From positions 1 to 24,953 of IMG/VR virus record IMGVR_UViG_3300025015_000106: 24,953 nt of DNA; one strand, given 5' to 3'. Source of the stretch: a virus. Taxonomy: Duplodnaviria > Caudoviricetes. Of the stretch, positions 24,664 through 24,953 are shown in pieces. The notes under the pieces are model-generated. The model was not told where the DNA came from, made no database searches, and was given only the letters and a program-made list of their open reading frames with translations. The translations under genes were made by a program, and so were the position numbers. Numbering within the stretch: the stretch's first letter is position 1; every line of letters starts with the position of its first letter.

Positions 24664-24953
24664 ATTTTGTAAGTGCTGTAATTTCTTTTTCAGTTTTGCC
24701 GTAAAGTTTTACAATGTCTCGGAGTTTTTCTTTGTCTACAGAAATATACAAATTAATATACTCACAGGCAATTCGTTTTGAAATATAAAAGTGATTGGCA
24801 ATAAGTTTAACCAATTCAGGATTATATTTATCACCCTTCGTTGCTTTTATAAACTTACAGAAAGGTAACTTACTTTTCGGTAACAAATCTAAATACAATT
24901 TATACACCTGCTCCGATGTCAGTTGTCCTATTGTGTATCGTTGTAAATCATTA
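24656..24953 (-). CDS. Clamp loader small subunit (T4 gp62-like), 5'-partial
   Basis: Frame is open to the window end (NDLQRYTIGQLTSEQVYKLYLDLLPK...FIK...LVKLIANHFYISKRIACEY...YG), resembling the gp62 C-terminal pattern. Confidence 0.62.
   Translation of the reverse strand, partial: NDLQRYTIGQLTSEQVYKLYLDLLPKSKLPFCKFIKATKGDKYNPELVKLIANHFYISKRIACEYINLYISVDKEKLRDIVKLYGKTEKEITALTKYE

Noticed and set aside
1-24953. tRNA, rRNA, IS elements, rho-independent terminators
   Set aside because: None recognised; there is almost no non-coding space and no transposase ORF.

Overview
AT-rich, gene-dense segment with all real genes on the minus strand, most likely from a large tailed phage (gp19-like tail tube gene, gp62-like clamp loader small subunit, DUF1599/Nmad1, SLOG protein, PD-(D/E)XK nuclease). 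About 20 kb is a glycan-synthesis island: roughly 12 glycosyltransferase-like genes, a methyltransferase, a B12 radical SAM enzyme, a HAD-nucleotidyltransferase fusion, and SnoaL and GDPD-like proteins. The main finding is four intron-less, intein-less endonuclease cassettes (2x GIY-YIG, 1x HNH, 1x Zn-finger/DUF559-like) that sit inside genes. Each has the layout AT-rich motif, small leader ORF, then a nuclease with an AGGAG Shine-Dalgarno site. In three cases the original 5' end of the target gene remains upstream as a stump cut at a conserved motif, and a diverged, synonymously different copy of that 5' end follows the nuclease and restores a full-length gene. In the fourth case a GT2 gene is split into two separately translated halves. 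A fifth gene has an 8-nt stop-containing interruption in the equivalent conserved loop. Family calls come from motif recognition by eye, not database searches.
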